A stretch of DNA of 64,000 nt, taken from the NCBI RefSeq assembly GCF_018977255.1, contig NW_024704742.1, positions 13,022,001-13,086,000 on the forward strand. Reading direction: 5' to 3'. Below are positions 36,601 through 50,464 of this stretch, one piece after another (the stretch's first letter is position 1; each line of letters opens with the position of its first letter). This DNA is from Callorhinchus milii (lineage: Eukaryota). Under the pieces are notes generated by a model. It was given only the letters and a program-made list of their open reading frames with translations. It made no database searches and had not been told where the DNA came from. The position numbers and the translations under genes were made by a program.

Positions 36601-38503
36601 TGTTGTCGGGCCCTCCAGAGCCTCGTTCCTTTCTACAGCTATAATTATATCCTTAACTAATATTGCCACCCCTTCTCCTTTTCTTCCTTCTCTATCCTTC
36701 CTGAACACATTATATCCTGAAATATTTAACTCCCATTCCTGTCCTGGCTTGAGCCATGTCTCAGTTACTGCCACCACATTGTATCTCCCTTTGGCCAATT
36801 GAACCTGCAGCTCATCAACCTTATTCCCTAAGCTACGTGCATTTAGGTACATGCATTTGAGGAAATTGTCCGCTTGTACCTGCTCTACACTTCCCTCTTG
36901 TCTTTTTCCTCTAATCTCTAATCCATTGTTTATCCTTGGATACCCATCCCCCTCGACACTTTTTTAAATCCGCCCCTACAGCATTTGATAAATCTTGGCA
37001 AGGAAGCTCAACCCTGCCTTGCTTAAGTGCCGCCCATCCTCAAGGTAAAGATCCCACCTCCCCCAGTAGTGTAGTGGTCCCAATTGTCCAGAAAACGGAA
37101 ACCTTCTTTTCTGGACTATTTCTCCAGCCAATCGTTCATGCGCCTGATCCTTTCATTATGGTGCCTTGTTGCCCGAGGTACCGGGAGTAACCCAGAGATC
37201 ACCACCTTGGATGTTCTGAACTTGAGTTTTCTCCCAAGCTTTTGATACTCGCCCTGGAGCATCATAGCCCTCTTCTTACCAATATCATAGGTCCCCACAT
37301 GGACCACGACTTCTGGACATTCTCCTTCCCCCCGAAGAATCTTGTCCATGAAGTCTACTACCCTTGTACCAGGAAGGCAGCAAACCATCTTAGCTTACGA
37401 TTCTGATTACAGAAGATCCTGTTACTGCCTCTTGCTGCTGAATCCCCTATCACAACTGTATTAGCCTTGTGAACCATGCCCTTGTTCTGTTGGACAGAAT
37501 GTCCACTGCTATCCTCACGACAGGCTTCCATGCTCTTGATAGCTAATGTTGAGTATTGATTAGAGACTGGTACTCTGTTGGGGGTGCTCTACCTTGAACA
37601 AGCCCTCTTCTTGCCCCGTCGCACTGTCACCCAATCACTTTTAGCATGAATGAAGGGTGGCTGTGTGTTGGGCTCCTCTGGGAGTGGTCCTTTTCTTGAA
37701 TTCTGACCTCTTGATAGTTCCAGTACCCCTCTCTCATGACTCCTCTACAGTGATGGGCTGCTATAACTGAGTCCTAGGGGAATGAGGGTCCTCTTCACCA
37801 TGCTGTCCAGGAACCTCTCACTGTCCCTGATGGAGCATAGTGATTGCACCTGAGACTCTAGCTCAGCTATTCTAAGTCAGAGCTTGTTCAGTTGCAGACA
37901 TTTGCTGCAGATGAAGTCACCTGGGTTCAGGTTGCCCTCCATCAACTCCCACATACCACATTCCTCGCACATCACCTGCCAGGCCATTATCTATCGCCTC
38001 TTACTTCCCCTTAGATATATAACCTGCACCTACTTCACCTAATTCCCACTCTCACCAAATTCCCTCACACTCTGGCCTCACTTCACTCCCAACATAGCTC
38101 ACTCTGGGCTCTCTGCTCGAGTGAGGCTCTCGCAGCTATCTCCTATTTATACTCTTTGGGTACAACCAGTTTCTGATTGCTCAGCAGTAATTTGGAATTA
38201 ACACCTAATCAAGTGATTAATCAATAAGTTACTTGTTATTGGCTAGGCCTAGTTAGCTACAGCTACTCCCTGTAGAGTTACCCCACAAGACCAATCTACC
38301 AACGGTATCAACAATTTTAACTGCCACAAGATTTAAACAACAATAACAACTACCACAAGACTTGAATAACAACACCTTGGTGTTGTCGCTACTCACGATA
38401 GCGGTTCTCACGATACTCACAGCAGCAATTTCCACTCTCACCAAATTCCTTCACACTCTGGCCTCGCCTCACTCTGGACGTAGCTCACTCTGGGCTCTCT
38501 GCT
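33627..38503 (-). mobile_element. CR1-clade LINE, near full length, degenerate (ORF1 zinc-finger/leucine zipper + SGNH esterase; ORF2 APE + RT)
   Basis: ORF1 MAWQVMCEECGMWEL..CSKC at 37987; [84 protein letters not shown]1 3' UTR. Confidence 0.95.
34735..35150 (+). mobile_element. L2 3' fragment nested in CR1
   Basis: Nearly identical to 14937-15367; the CR1 frame resumes on both sides. Confidence 0.92.
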
Positions 38504-39400
38504 GTTCCTTGAACTTGCGCTGTGGCTCATTGGAACAGTGTAGGAGACCGTGGATGGAGAGGTCAGAGTGCGAGTGGGAGGGAGAATTGAATTGGCAAGA
38601 AACCGGAAGCTCAGGGTTGTGCTTGAGATCAGAACGGAGAATGGAATGGAGAACGGCAAATCAGTCACCCAATTGGCGGTCGTACACATACATCACTGTC
38701 TCATTTGAAATCTGTGTTTGGGGCCCTGGACAGTGGTATGGGAGGAGGTGAAAGGGCAGGTATTACATCTCCTGTGCTGGCATAGGAAAGTGCCACTGGG
38801 AGGAGAGCAACTGCTATAATAATAATAATTGTTGGTGGTGATGGGGGAACTAGGGAATCATGGAGGGAATGGTCCCTTCGGAATGCTGAGAGGGGAAGGG
38901 AAAGATACGTTTAGTGGTTGGATCATGGTGGAGGTGACGGAAATGGCGGAGAATTATTTGCTGGATGTTGAAGCTGGTGGTGTGGAAGGTGAGGACGAAG
39001 GGGACCCTATCAAGGTTCTGGGAAGAGGGGGAAGGGGTGAAGCCAGAGGTGCGGGAAATAGGGCAGACATGGTCAGGGACCCTGCCTACCACAGTGGATG
39101 GGAATCCTCGGTCGAGGAAAAAGGAAGACGTTTCAGCTGCTCTGGTGCGAAGGGTGGCATCATCAGAGCAGATGCGGCAGAGGAACTGGGAAAAGGGAAT
39201 AGAGTCTTTACAGGAGGTGGGGTGGGAGGAGGTCTGGTCCAGGTAATTGTGGAAGTTGGTGGGCTTGTAAAAGATATCTATTGACAATCTATGCCCTGAT
39301 ATGGAAACGGTGAAGTCGACGAAGGGATGAGTCAGAGATGGACCATGTGAATGTTATGGAGGGGTGGAAGCGAAATGGGTGAATTTTTCCAGCTCGCATA
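38504..39400 (-). mobile_element. Penelope-like element fragment (RT C-terminus, linker, part of the GIY-YIG domain)
   Basis: IFYKPTNFHNYLDQTSSHPTSCKDSIPFSQFL..RICSD; CQHRRCNTCP; VSCQFNSPSHSHSDLSIHGLLHC. Confidence 0.85.
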
Positions 39401-41019
39401 ATGATAGCGTTTGGTATAGCATATTATCACATCACCCAAACATGTGAACATACATGGAACTGCCACATATATATATTTAACCATGCGAGTGATGAGAAAG
39501 CAAATAGCCAGAATAAAACTGCAGGAATTGTAAGTAAATGAACTGACTTTTTTTTACAGATGTTTAATTAAGAGATAGACATACTGTATTAAGGAGCTTG
39601 GTAAAAAGACACAGCACTGAATCATTGTAAATAATCATAATAAAAAAGGACATAACACAAACCCTAACCCTTTCATTGTTTAGAAATATTTAAATACATA
39701 ATAGAAATACATTTCAATGCGGAAAATTCCATTTGAGAGCAATTTCAAAAGTGAGTAACTTCCAATAGAGGGAGCTGTCAAACCAGCTTGACTGTAAGGA
39801 GACATCCCGCCTCCCAAAACAAACCATTATAACTGGTAATTATTCAAAGATCCATCCAACAGACTATATGAGTAACTGATTTCATAATGTAATTATATAC
39901 AGTTGTAATGGGAAGCTTTTAAATCAATCAATGGATTCCTAATTTTAATGAAACTAATCACTTTATTTCCAGACTCAAAAACCTCTCTTCTGCTCCCAAA
40001 TGTTTTTGGGTCTCCCATTAATACTTCAAAAAGCTTCCACTGGTTCATTAAGTTTTCACATCATCATTGTCCAATTGTTTTTTGTTTGTTCTTGCAATTC
40101 TTTACTGAGAGACTCTTTCCTTCCTGCAGTAAATTTGTGTCCTGCCTGCAGCTGCTCGTTTCAAGCTTTGTGTAGCAGATCTTTCAGTCAATAAGTGTAC
40201 GTTGTTGGTACTGAAATTTCAGCCAGTATTTCAGTGAGTTTCATGGATATCCCAAAACACAGGAGAATTTGAGGTTTAAAAATTGGATTCAGGTGAAAAT
40301 AGTTTCAATGGGAAAAAATCTATTCAGTGATCAATTGCTTTTTGAAAACAAACAATTCCACCTAGAGATTGGGAAGCTTTTCCTGATTTGTCAGACATTG
40401 GCTCAAAAAATAGATAGCCAGATACAAAAGCTGTTCCAGAGACAATTCTACATCCCTACATGTACATCCACAATATGGCTTGCTCCCCTTACAGAATGTA
40501 CCGGGTGCCCTCTGTGTTCAATCCTCACTAATGAATGCAAATCCCTATAACTTGGTGTAACTTGACTAATGAGTTCTTCCATGATGAGAGGTACTACCAA
40601 TTGGTATTTAAATTAAAGCAAATTGGGAAACTTCCATCATCAGCTTTTTATTCTAAATAGTTTGTATATTCCCTCCTTTGACTTATACAGATAGCTCGAA
40701 AAAGCACGGTCAAGTAAACTCAATGGAATTTTATTGTAGTTTCGATGAAACCCTCAGCATTAAATCTTAAACAACACAATAAATATCACTAAACACAACT
40801 ATGAGATAACAAACATAAATCACATTTTAACTAAACACACTAGCAGGCATTTGTAATGTAAAGTGCACAAAAAAACCAATCCCTGACTAATCCTCATCAA
40901 TAGTCAGGATACATACCTTTTGATATTATCAAGTAAAAAATTAGCACATGCAGCTTGTTCTTTTATAGGCATTGAGCCCCTCCCCAAATTAGGATACCCA
41001 ATGGTAATTGTATTGCACC

Positions 41020-44000
41020 AATTCGGGGCGAGCATTCAGGACAGAGCGGAAGCGGAGGCTGTGCCTAGCGATCAGCATAAAAGGAACGGCTGAGGTAAAC
41101 ACTTGGTCATTTGGGGTGAGCAATCAGGACAGAGTGGAGGCTGAGGTAAAGCTAAAGTCAGAGCTACGAAAAAAGAAAAAGTGATGTTGGTGTGATGTCA
41201 TTTTCAACAGCAGAACCATTGACAAACAAGGAACTTTCAGAAACTAAAACACTGATGGCAAATTAAAACAAAAAAACAAAAACTTTATATATTGAAAACA
41301 CTGTATGAGAAGATGATGTGGCAAGTGAAATGCGAGGACTGTGACTTGTGGGAGTTAATGGAGGGCGCCTTGAGCCCGGGCAACTTCATCTGCAGCAAGT
41401 GTCTGCAACTCAGGAAGCTCCAGCTGAGAGTAGCTGAGCTGGAAGCCGAGGTGCAGACACTGCGCTCCATCAGGGACAGTGAGAGGTTCCTGGACAGTAG
41501 GATGGAGGAAACCATCACTCCCCTGAGGCTCAGGGAATGCTTGCATCTGATTAATGCTCAGGGACAGGATGGTTTTATAGTCCTGCAGATAATGGGACCC
41601 CTGTAAAAGAGGTGATGGAGCCTTGGGCTTCAAACTCTCTCTGGATTACTCTGTGTGCCTCGGGCAAATAAGTACCATAATGGCAGGATCAAGTATATGA
41701 ATGCTTGGATGGAGAAATGGTCCAGAAAAGAAGGCTTCAGGTTTCTGGATCATTAGGACCAGTTCTGGAGCAGGTGGGACTTGTACCAGATGGATGGGTT
41801 GCACCTAAACAGGGCTGGGGCGAATGTGCTTGCAGGCAGGCTACCTAATGCTGTTGGGGAGGGGAGGGTTTAAACTGGTTTTGAGGTGGGAAGGGAATGA
41901 AAAAAACGAAGAGCTAGAAAATGGAGAAATAAAACAGGGGGGAAGTGCAGAACAGGTCAAATCAGTCTTGGAGTGCATGTGCCTAAATGCACAGAGTTTA
42001 GCAAACAAGATTGGTGAGCTGCAGGCTCAAGTGGTCATAGGGGGATACGATGTAATAGCAGTAACAGAGACTTGGCTCAAACAACGACAGAAATGGGAGC
42101 TGAATATTCCTGGCTATAATGTATTCAGGAGGGATAGGGAAGGAAAAAAAGAAGGGGGGGGGGGGCGTGGCAATATTAAGGATACGGTTATTGCCGTGGA
42201 AAAGGTCGAGGTGCTGGAGGTCCCCAAAACGGAATCTATCTGGTTAGAGTTAAGGAACAAAAAAGGAGCTGTTACGCTGGTAGGGGTATACTATAGACCA
42301 CCAAATAGTGGGAAGCAAATAGATGAGCAGATCTGCAAGCAGATCTCAGACAGATGCAAGGCCAATAGAGTCGGGATAATGGGGCACTTTAATTATCCCA
42401 ACATAGACTGGCAAAACAACAGCGCAACGGGCAAGGAGGGGGAAAGATTCCTAAAATGCGTACAGGAGACAGAATAAATACATTCCCACAAAATGGAAAA
42501 GTAGGGGATCCAAACCTCCCTGGATAATGAAGGTAATTGTATCTAGAATGAAGCAGAAAAAGGAGGCGTATGACAAATGTCAAACCCAAGACACAAAAGA
42601 CAACCAAATAGAATATAAGAAGTGCAGAAAAGGTTTGAAAAAGGAAATAAGAGGGACAAAAAGATTATATGAAAAAAGGTTAGTGGGTAACATTAAAGGG
42701 AATTCTAAAATATTTTACAAACATATCAAGAAAAAAAGATTAGTCAAAGGTAGGGTGGGGCCAATTAAGAACCAAGGTGGAAATCTTATTGTGGAGGCAG
42801 AGGGCATGGCTGATGTACTGAATGAGTACTTTGCATCTGTCTTCACAAAATAAGTGGATGCACCAAATGCTGCAGTATCGGAGGAGAGGGTAGAGGAAAT
42901 GGATAGGATAAGTATAAACATAAAGGAAGCACTGAAAAGGTTGACTGGCTGAAGGTAGATAAGTCACCCGGATGGGATGCAACCAAGGTTACTATGGGAG
43001 GCACGGGTACAAATAGCGGAGGCTTTAGCTACAATTTTTCAATCTTCATTGGACACAAGGGTGGTGCCAGAGGATTGGAAAGTGGCCAATGTGACTCCCC
43101 TATACAAAAAGGAACAGAAGGACAAACCTGAGAACTACAGGCCAGTCAGCCTAACATCCTGGAGACTATAATGCTAGACAGAATAAATCTTCACTTAGAA
43201 GAATATGGGTTAATTAGGGACAGCCAACACAGATTTGTTCAAGGCAGATCTTGTCTAACAAATCTAATAGAATTTTTCGATGAGGTAGCGGAGAGGGTGG
43301 ACAAAGGTAGTGCAGTTGATGTAGTTTATATGGATTTTCAAAAGGCATTTGACAAAGTGCCACATGAAAGACTTGTAAGAAAGATAGAAGCCCATGGTAT
43401 AAAAGAAACAGTGGCATCATGGATTCAGAACTGGATGGGAGACAGAAAGCAGAGAGTTGTGGTGAACGGCTGCTTTCCTGACTGAAGCGAAGTGTACAGT
43501 GGTGTCCCCCAGGGATCGGTATTAGGACCACTGCTCTTCTTAATATACATAAATGATCTGGACTTGGGTATAGCAAGTACCATTTCCAAGTTTGAGGATG
43601 GCACAAAGTTAGGTAGGATGGAAAACAGTGAAAAGGATAGGAGTCAACTGCAGGAAGACATAGACAGAATGGTAAAATGGGCAGACACATGGCAGATGAA
43701 TTTCAATGTAGAGAAATGCAAAGTAATGCATTTTGGTAGAAAGAATGAGGGGAGGCAATATAGGCTGGTAATACAATCTTAAGGGGGGTAAAAGAACAGA
43801 GACCTGGGGGTGCAGATAAATGAATCCTTGAAGGCGGCAGGACAGGTAGATACAGTTGTAAAAACGGCATATGGGATACTAGGCTTTATAAATAGGGGCA
43901 TAGAGTACAAGAGTCAGGAGGTTATGATTAACCTATATAAAATACTGGTTAGGCCTCAGTTAGAATACTGAATACTGCGCCCAGTTCTGGGCACCACACT

Positions 44001-44506
44001 ATAGGAAGGATGTTAAGGCATTGGAAAGAGTGCAGAGGAGATTTACGAGGATGGTACCAGGAATGAGGGACCTTGATTATGAGGAAAGGCTGGAGAGGCT
44101 GGGATTGTTCTCACTGAAGCAGAGAAAGTTACGAGGAGACCTAATAGAGGTCTTCAAAATCATGAGGGGATTTGATAGGTTAGAAAGGGAAAACCTGTTT
44201 CCACTGGTGGGTGTGTCGGTGACTCGAGGTCACAGATTCAAAATGGTCTCTAAAAGAAGCAGAGGGGAGGTGAGAAGAAATTTCTTCACCCAGCGAGTTG
44301 TTCGAATCTGGAATGCATTGCCTTAAAGGGTGGTCGAGGCCGATTCGATAAGTACTTAAAAACGAGGTGGACGGGTATTTGAGGAGGACGGGTTTGCAGA
44401 GTTATGGGGAGTGGGATTGACATGACATTGCTCTTTTCAAAGAGCCGGCACAGACTCGATGGGCCGAATGGCCTCTTTTTGTGCTGTACGATTCTATGAT
44501 TCAATG
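41020..44506 (+). mobile_element. CR1-clade LINE with internal deletions, degenerate
   Basis: ORF1 [67 protein letters not shown]; ends in ATTCTATG-type repeats. Confidence 0.95.
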
Positions 44507-44939
44507 AATTACTAGATTTAATTGTTGCAATCAATGCTAGTCAGACTTCATGGCACCATAAGGATCAAAAACAATGTTAAATTTTAAAAAATGCTGTTCA
44601 ATATATTTACAAAGCGAACGTTGTCACTTTCTAAGTTTCCCTGAGCGCAATCGGTAATTACTAACCAAACTCAGACTGGCTAATGCCTTTAGTGAACAAA
44701 TAAATGTTACAGAACAACAGAGAGTCAGAGAAAATAAAGCGGTGACCATATCAAGTATAAACAAAAAATCCTACATTTTGTTAAGTGGAAAGCAAAGATG
44801 GATGAGTTTCCATTTCTCAAAATGGGTGAAGGAGAAGCCACTCTCATAGGTTGGGGTGGAGGGGCAGTCAGTCCAAAATGTGCCATTGAGAACTGGGGTT
44901 GAGAACGCACTTAACTGCAGTGTTAGTAACAAATTGTAG

Positions 44940-45235
44940 TAATAATAATCCTTGCATTTGATACAGCACCTTATTACATTGTTGAGATGTCTCAAAAGTG
45001 CTTCACAGAATATGCAGTAAAGTGAATTGACTGTTGTGGGCAAAACATGACAGCCAATTGCGCATAGCAGTGTCCCACAAACAGTTATGGATTGAGTGAC
45101 CAATGTATTATCATTTTTTATTATTTTTTCATTTCTCCCACACAATATATACTTTATAGTATATTCTGTGAAGTGCTTTGAAATGTCTTGAAGACGTGAT
45201 AAGGCGCTATATCAAATACAATTATTATTATTATT
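44940..45235. mobile_element. Two tRNA-SINE 3' fragments in opposite orientation
   Basis: Minus copy 44940-45125; plus tail 45150-45235. Confidence 0.8.
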
Positions 45236-45394
45236 TGTAAGTTCATCAAGGTTCAGGAAAAGAAGAATTTCTGCCCAGACATCACAAAGTTAAAACTCAT
45301 TCCTCTTAAACAAAGATTTCTGGATTCAATGCATTGAAAGTTCATGATTTCAAATTTATAAATTCACAAAATCCCATCACTGATACTTTTCACA

Positions 45395-45770
45395 GGATTT
45401 ACTGCAAAGTGTACTGACTATATTTTTAGGCAAATGTGACAAACAATTTCCACACAGGAGTAGCCCTTTGATCTAGGAGTGAATGAACAGTTTCATCTGA
45501 AGCATTTTTGGCCAGGATACCAGAGATAAAATAATCAATTTTCTTTTCAGGGATCTTTAACATCATAATAATAACAATAATAATAACAACAATAAGAAGA
45601 ATCCACCTGAACAGGCAGTTGAAGTCTTGTTTTTTTTAATGGCTCATCCAAAGGACCTCTGACAACTGGAGTATTAGCCTAGACTATGAATGTAAAGTCT
45701 TAACATTGGACTTGAACCCATAACCTTCTGACTTGTCGGCAAGAGTGCTACTACCTGAGCCACACTGATA
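45395..45770 (-). mobile_element. Old SINE (Deu-SINE-like) with an (AAT/AAC)n insertion
   Basis: gggatctttaacatc...cacctgaacaggca...cttgaacccataaccttctgac...gtgctactacctgagcca. Confidence 0.6.
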
Positions 45771-45894
45771 CCTGCATTTACCATGTAACAATATCAACTT
45801 GCATTTATTTAGCTCCCTTCATTGGGATAGCGCCCCAGAGAACCTAACATGTTCTCCCCTCACACTAACCGGATTAAGAGGCCGCCACCTTACC

Positions 45895-46329
45895 TTTAGG
45901 ATCCTCATCCTCACCTACAAGGCCATTCACGGCCTTGCTCCCTCCTACCTCTCCGACCTACTATCCCCTTACTTACCTGCCCGTACACTCCGTTCCTCCG
46001 GCTCCGGTCTGCTCCACATCCCCCGCCCCAACCGCCCTACCATCAGTGGCCGGGCCTTCAGCCTCTCAGCCCCTAGGCTCTGGAACTCTATCCCCCAGTG
46101 CCTTCGCCGCCTCCTCCCTCTCCTCCTTCAAGGCCGGTCTCAAGACCTTTCTCTTTGACCGAGCCTTCAGCTCCCCTCTCGACCCTCTACCCCCTCCTCG
46201 CTCCCTCCCTTCCCTCCCCTCACCCTGACCATTTCCCCCCTCCTCGGGTCCCGACCCATCTGTCCAGCGCCTTGTGACATCCTCCCGACATGAAAGGCGC
46301 TCTATAATTGGAATCTTGTTGTTGTTGTT
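45895..46329 (+). mobile_element. L2 3' fragment (young subfamily)
   Basis: [21 protein letters not shown]..; stem-loop tail, (GTT)n. Confidence 0.92.
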
Positions 46330-46494
46330 TAGAGATGGATAATAAAGTACTTTTCACTGAGCTATTTACGTATATAATTTAGAGTGACATGCAGTTTTAC
46401 TAGCTATCAGGTACACTAAGGGTAAAAATGCTATTTGGGTCTAGATTTACTTTTCAAGGCTTTCCAAATTTGAGCATCCCAACTTCTTAAAGCA

Positions 46495-46820
46495 AGAATT
46501 TGATTCCCAGGCAGGTTGAAACCTGAGGCAAGTTTCCTTACTTCACACTCCTCTGTTTATCTAGCAATGAGTAGGAACCTGCTTGTTAGTTGATTGGCGG
46601 ATCGCTTTCCAGGGCTAATAATCCCTCCCAAAAAATACTAATAATTTGGTCACTCAATCCACCACTGTTTGCGGGTCATAGCTTTACACAATTTGCTGCC
46701 ACGTTTTGCTAACAAAACACACAATCACTCCCATTTTACAGTGTACCCTGTGAAGCACTTTGAGATGTCACAAAGACATGATCAGGCGCCATATCAAATG
46801 CAAGGATTATTATTTTTATT
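46495..46820 (+). mobile_element. tRNA-SINE, long subfamily, diverged
   Basis: gcaagtttccttact...ggcggatcgctttcc...atcaaatgcaaggattatt. Confidence 0.8.
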
Positions 46821-47845
46821 AAATACAGCCTTAATTTGAAAAACATTTTCTGTCAGGTATTTTTAAGTGCCACAGAAAAATTGTGACTGAGCTCAACGAA
46901 CCTAGACATTAAAATATTACATGAGTAGAGTAAATCTAGCTGCAGGTGGAATGTCTCCCCATTAAACAGGAATAAAGGGTGCTCTTAAAGGGGTCCTGCA
47001 TGAAGTCACATACATACCTGAATTTTTTATGTCTCATTTGTCTTTTGTTTTCGACCTATGTTAATCAAAATGGATACTAGTATTTAAATGATGCTAAATG
47101 AGAAGGCTTTTATGACCTTTCAGCTACTCCTGATTTTTTTTCTTCATTTGTAAAGATTGGGTATAAATTCACCGTGTTTTCAGTAGCTGCACAGTTCGAT
47201 GTTAAGAATCTGTGACACGTGAAATTAAAATGAAGTGACTTGAAAAGCATATCAAGGTCAGAACTGACTAGTATATTTTTTTAACTTTGTAGTGCATTCA
47301 GCTGTAATTGATAGATCTGGAATGGTTCAAACTTGTCATTGTCTACATCCTGACCAATTCACGTCCCAGGGATAAAGTAATAGGATGAACCAAAGTCATG
47401 CCTGCCTGTAAGGTGGATGTTAAAGATCCCATGACACTATTTGAAAAGAGAAGGGAGCTTCTTCCAAATTGGTCACTCACTTCATGGGAAGTTTGTGGGA
47501 CAAAGTGGCTCCTGCATTCACCTACAAAATACAGTGAGTCATCATACTTTACAGTACACAACACAGTGCACGGGTGTGTATTGGAGTGTCAGAATAGACC
47601 TGTGAGTTCCAAGTCCCAATGTGAGTTTGAACCAACTGTATATCCCGTGAAACACTTTGTGATGTTCTCTCAACGTGGAAGTTGCTGTATCAAATACAAG
47701 TATGAATTTTACTATTATTGTTATGGAAACATGTTGTAATATACTTCAGAACTCTTCCCAGATCAAGGGGAGCCCAGCCAACCATCCACATCACCTGAAG
47801 AGCCCTACTTGAAGCAAAGGCATTTCAGATGCACACACTGGGGAG

Positions 47846-47930
47846 ACTTTACAGTGTATTCTGTGAAGCGCTTGGGACGTCCTCCCGACGTGAAAAGCAC
47901 TATATCAAATGCAAGGATTATTATTATTAT
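47846..47930 (+). mobile_element. tRNA-SINE 3' tail fragment
   Basis: gggacgtcctcccgacgtgaaaagcactatatcaaatgcaagg(att)n. Confidence 0.8.
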
Positions 47931-48269
47931 CTTAGTAATAATGAAGAAACACAGAATGAGCTACTGAATGTTGGTAAGAAAGTGGCAACAACGGAAAGGT
48001 TTGGAAAAGTCAGAGACCCAGCATGCTGCATGTCCACACTGATTTGTATGAGATAAAAACTTTAGTGACTCAATCAAATGGAGGTCACTGCAGATCAATG
48101 GCCATATTGAGAAGTTTCTAGTATCTTGGAATGTGATGATATTGTTTTTTACCAACCTATCATCATGCTGAAGTATCCAAACCAACTATTAAGTCTTAGA
48201 AATTATTGTTGCAGGTTGCCAAGCGCCAGGACTTGGAGAGTGCTGGAGTACTGCTGGAATAAAACAATC

Positions 48270-48400
48270 AGGTTCCTACTTACTGCTAGGTGAACAGAGG
48301 CGTGTGCAGTAAGGAAACTTGCCCAACGTTTTGGCCTGCCTGGGAATCAAACCAAGATTGCAAGGCGAGTGCTCTAGCCACTGAGCTACAGGACTCCACA
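48270..48400 (-). mobile_element. tRNA-SINE 5' fragment
   Basis: Reverse complement of the head, gtgctctagccactgagctacaggactccac. Confidence 0.8.
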
Positions 48401-48954
48401 CTGACTGGTAAGCTTTCTGTTGTTTACTCAGCTAGGACCGCTTTACACATTAGGATTAACAACGGGAAGAGTCCTTGTCCCCATTGACTGGTTTGACCCT
48501 TGAGGACTTCAGATAATGGAAATGATGAAGGAATTATATATGTACCTGCAGGAGGAAAGTCACACTGCTGGGTTATGACATTTGCCTCATATATGCAGAA
48601 TGTGAGCTGATCCTTTCACATAAGTGGCCTATAATATTCCACTGCAGTGAAAGGACGGTTTTGAGCAAAGAGATAGCACTGATATATTAAAATATCTTCT
48701 TCCCAAGAGGATCATTCATCTTCCACGATTTAAATCTTGACAGGCAGCATCATCAGCTCACTGAAGACAGAGAGGAATCTGTGTATACTGTATACCGTAT
48801 TCAGGATCTACATTTAAACTCCTCTCAGCCAGAATAATGCTCCTGCATATTTCCCATATATGTTGCCACCAGTGGAATTCCAACAATTTACATGATTTAA
48901 GGCTGCTCCTCAAATAGAGTAATTACTCCTACAATTCATGTCCCAAGGAAAAAT

Positions 48955-49027
48955 TATACTACTGATAACATCAATACCATTATACTACTGATAACATTAT
49001 ATTATACCACTGATAACATCAATACCA
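48955..49027. repeat. Short tandem repeat (~23-26-bp unit attatactactgataacatcaatacc), 3 copies
   Basis: Visible directly. Confidence 0.8.
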
Positions 49028-50464
49028 GTTGGGGAATGTATGCTGTTGAATTGACAGGGCAATGATACACATTATAAAACAAATTATCTGTGCCTTGTTG
49101 CAGTGATTTATATTTTAAAGCTACCAGAATTTATATCTATTTCTGTAATTTTGATAGCTATTTAAACATTGTATGCTTCTTATATAAGGTCTTTACCAAT
49201 TTGATTGTACAGTAAAACTCGCATAAGGCTGATCTGCATAAATCGTATAATTGCCCAAGTCATACATCTGCCCAAATCCCATTCAAGAGTTTATATTCTA
49301 TTCAAGTTTGTTGGTGAGCATTCTTGCCTCTGAGTCAGAAGCTTGTGGGTTCAAAACCCCACGTTGAGACTTGGAGATCATAGTTCAAGCTGACACAACC
49401 AGAGATCGTTGATGGTTGCGTGTTTTAAAAAAAGCAAATTACGTATTTAATTAAAGATAATAAAGTATGCGCATCAGACTAACGAACATCACATTCATTC
49501 TCTCATCAACATACAACAAAGTATGTAGGACCAGATGCAGAAGTATATTTATTCACTTTCCAAAGTGTCATGTAAAAGAGAAAACAACCCAATGACGCGG
49601 AAGAATCACGTTCAAGTTTATCTACTCCATTAACATTGTCGTAAGATGTTGTTTGAGTCGGCAGTAGTGACGCCAATTTTTCCTGTTCAAAAACAGGCGA
49701 GGAATAAACTGATCAATCAGAATGGGAATTGGAATATAAATGTCTACGTGCAGATAATGTGTGATCTCTAAGTGATTGTGGTAATGTTTTGTCAGATTTG
49801 TGAAAGAGGAAGAAAGAAGAATGCATTTACGAAAGTCTGCCAAGTTCTGCAGAAAACAACATTTAGGAAGTACCCATTTTTTGGATACCCATGCGTACAC
49901 AGTATGCATTTTAAAACCCTAACGCGATCTCTGACTACAGTGCAATTGTTTTGAATAATTTGCTTAAGGTACAATGATTAACTAGGTATAAAACCAAGAA
50001 CTGGATTCAAGACTGGTAGTAGCATGTGATTTCTTCACTATATACTGAGTCAGGTATTTATCAATAGTGCACTACATTCCAAGCCTCTAGATACCATGCA
50101 TGTGAAAAACCATTATTTATAACACATCAAGTCGGATGGTACTGCAGTTTATCTCCCTAGTGCTGCAGTTGAACATTGACTGTGAAAAGAAAAGGCAAAC
50201 ACAGTCATGTTTGTGCTGGACCATCATGGTTGATGTACTGAAATTTTATGGCACCACAGAGAATAAAAATACATCCAGATTTTTAACTTTAGGAAGGAAA
50301 AATACCTGAAAATGAAGGGTGGATACTGGCTGCACTGACGATTCCTGAAAAGATAATATCATCTTTCTCCTACAAGCCATGTAGCTTCATAAACTACAAA
50401 GCTGGTATTCAACTTAAAGCGGCACTAACTTTAAGGGAAGATGCTTAGGGAATTTTTTTTATTT

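Noticed and set aside
40912..40970. Minus-strand TATAAAA followed by a GTATGT donor as an alternative INTS10 promoter
   Set aside because: Short motifs expected by chance in AT-rich DNA; no CpG island or coding exon 1.
49208..49290. TA-CAGTAAAACTC pogo/Tigger-like terminal repeat
   Set aside because: No matching opposite end or transposase remnant found.
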